64,000 bases of DNA from the human T2T-CHM13v2.0 reference genome, Homo sapiens: NCBI RefSeq assembly GCF_009914755.1, contig NC_060926.1; one strand, given 5' to 3'. Below the pieces are notes generated by a model. The model was given only the letters and a program-made list of their open reading frames with translations. It ran no database searches and was not told the DNA's origin. Shown in pieces: positions 61,862-64,000 of the stretch. The translations under genes and the position numbers were made by a program. Numbering within the stretch: the stretch's first letter is position 1; the number at the start of each line of letters is the position of its first letter.

Positions 61862-62105
61862 CAATAGTAGTCACCTTTATTAAGCACTTATAACAATGTG
61901 CTGATTGCCTTCCCCTTCAGATGAGTTATCTCATTTAGTCTTAATGATGCCATGAAATGGCTTATTGCTGTGTCATAGACTAGGAAAGTGAGGCTCAGAG
62001 AGATCAAGTACCTGGCACAAGGTTACACAGCTTACAAGTAGTAGAGCAGAGTTGAACCCAGGTTGTGTGACTCTGAAGCCTGGAGACCCAAATGCTGTGC
62101 TAAAT
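61862..62105 (-). mobile_element. MIR, near full length
   Basis: tttattaagcactta...tctcatttagtc...gaggctcagagag...caaggttacacagct. Confidence 0.85.
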
Positions 62106-62800
62106 GAACCCGCCATACACTGTGATTCCCACTGTCTGCCATCTGCCTGCTCCTACCCAGTCCTCCACAGACCAGAGGACTTCCTGCTGAAATGCTGCGC
62201 ATCCCTCTGTCCCAGGTGTTTGAACATCCCAACCACCAACTTTTGAAACTCCTCTTCCTTCTTCTGAGCACTCACAGCACCTGATGTCTAGTTACTCTTC
62301 TTGAGCATATAGAGTTTTGATTGCCATTTAACTTTTTCTCTCTCCCCAAGCTATACTACAGTGTCAAGGGCGGGAATGTTCCTCTGCCTCTTTGGTAACC
62401 CTTAGGGACAAATACTCAGTCAACTCAAAGTTGAAACAAACTATCAAAAGAATGAGATGAAAGGAGAGATCAGGCAGCTAAAGAAACAATTAAGGACCAA
62501 GAAATCATCACCTTCTGTAAGTCAGAAAAAACTAAAGGCACAAAAAGCACCAGCCCCCAAAATGAAAGGAACACATCAGGAAAATACTTGAGGTAATACA
62601 AGTTAAAACAGAGGGGGAAAGCAATAATTAAAGCAACTATTAAGAAATGAATAGAAATAGAGGGTAAATTGATATCCATCACTGAAACAGAAGCCTCCTA
62701 TCCTAAAAAATAGAACTGAAAAAATATTTGAGAACATAATACAGAAAAACTTTTCCAAGCTCAAAGAACACTTGAGTCTTCAGATTTAAAAGGCCCACTC

Positions 62801-62943
62801 AGCTGGGCACAATGGCACACACCTATAATCCAGCTACCTGGAAAGCTGAGGCCAGAGGGTTGTTTGAGCCCAGGAGTTCAAGACCAGTCTGGGCAACATA
62901 GCAAGACCCCATCTCAAAAAATGAACAAAATAAAATAAAATAA
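62801..62943 (+). mobile_element. FLAM
   Basis: Monomer; TSD-like GGCCCA(C/T)TC. Confidence 0.88.
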
Positions 62944-62981
62944 TAGGGCCCATTCTATGCCAGACAAGGTCTAGATACTTA

Positions 62982-63019
62982 GAAAAGAAAAGAAAGAGAG
63001 AGAAAGAAAGAAAGAATGA

Positions 63020-63075
<56 letters not shown>

Positions 63076-63160
63076 GAAAAGAAAAGAGAGAGAGGGAGGG
63101 AGGGAGGAAGGAAGGACAGACAGACGGATGGACAGAAGGAAGAAAGGAAGGAAGGAAGGA
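62982..63160. repeat. Compound (GAAA)n/(GGAG)n/(GGAA)n purine-rich microsatellite
   Basis: Direct reading. Confidence 0.97.
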
Positions 63161-63210
63161 CCCATTCTAAACTAGGGAAATATGATATAGATCGATCAAC
63201 AAGAATTCTT

Positions 63211-63557
<347 letters not shown>

Positions 63558-64000
63558 CTACAAGCCTGGCATCATCCTTCCAAATAGCAACATTTAATGC
63601 CAGAAGGCAATAGAAAAATGCCTACAAGGTTTTGAGGAAAAGAAAAGGCAACTCAAGAACATTACACTCAGCAAGATGTCACTCACATACATAGTGACAT
63701 AACAGTCAAACATTCTCAAATATGAAAGAATTTGGGGAATATAACACCACTAAGTCCTTCTGCAGGGGCAAAAAATAGGAGAAAAAAGCCTACTCGACAG
63801 TGAAATACAACCAGTCAAAAAAATTGACCAAATTAGAGAACTAGTAATGTGAAACTCTTGATAAAAGGACTAGCAGTAAACACTGAATTCAATTAAATAT
63901 AGAAAGAGGACTAGACCTCTGGAGAAATAAATAGATGCAAATCAGAATGTAGATGCTATAAAGTCAAACAAATTAAAAATTATAGAAGCATCAAAAATTG

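Overview
Primate (most likely human) nuclear DNA, intergenic or deep intronic. It is dominated by interspersed repeats: about 40 Alu elements or monomers (roughly 11 kb), many MIR and L2 fragments, old L1M/HAL1-like pieces, MaLR solo LTRs (two with intact 5-bp TSDs), an LTR33-like ERVL LTR, and hAT MITEs (MER5, MER58, MER63). I cannot support any protein-coding gene, tRNA, rRNA or CRISPR array; the supplied ORFs are Alu-derived, microsatellite-derived or chance frames. The most unusual observation is a ~54-nt non-Alu insert at 8286-8361 (minus strand) that has an A-rich tail and TSD-like flanks and folds into two hairpins, one capped by a GNRA loop; it looks like a retrocopy of a small structured RNA. 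Other points of interest are a young 207-bp local duplication spanning an LTR/flank junction, a template-switch double hairpin inside an Alu, an L2 endonuclease remnant, repeated reuse of single L1-endonuclease target sites, and several repeat-free, motif-rich candidate enhancers or lncRNA exons. Repeat subfamily calls are by eye, and boundaries of old repeats are approximate.
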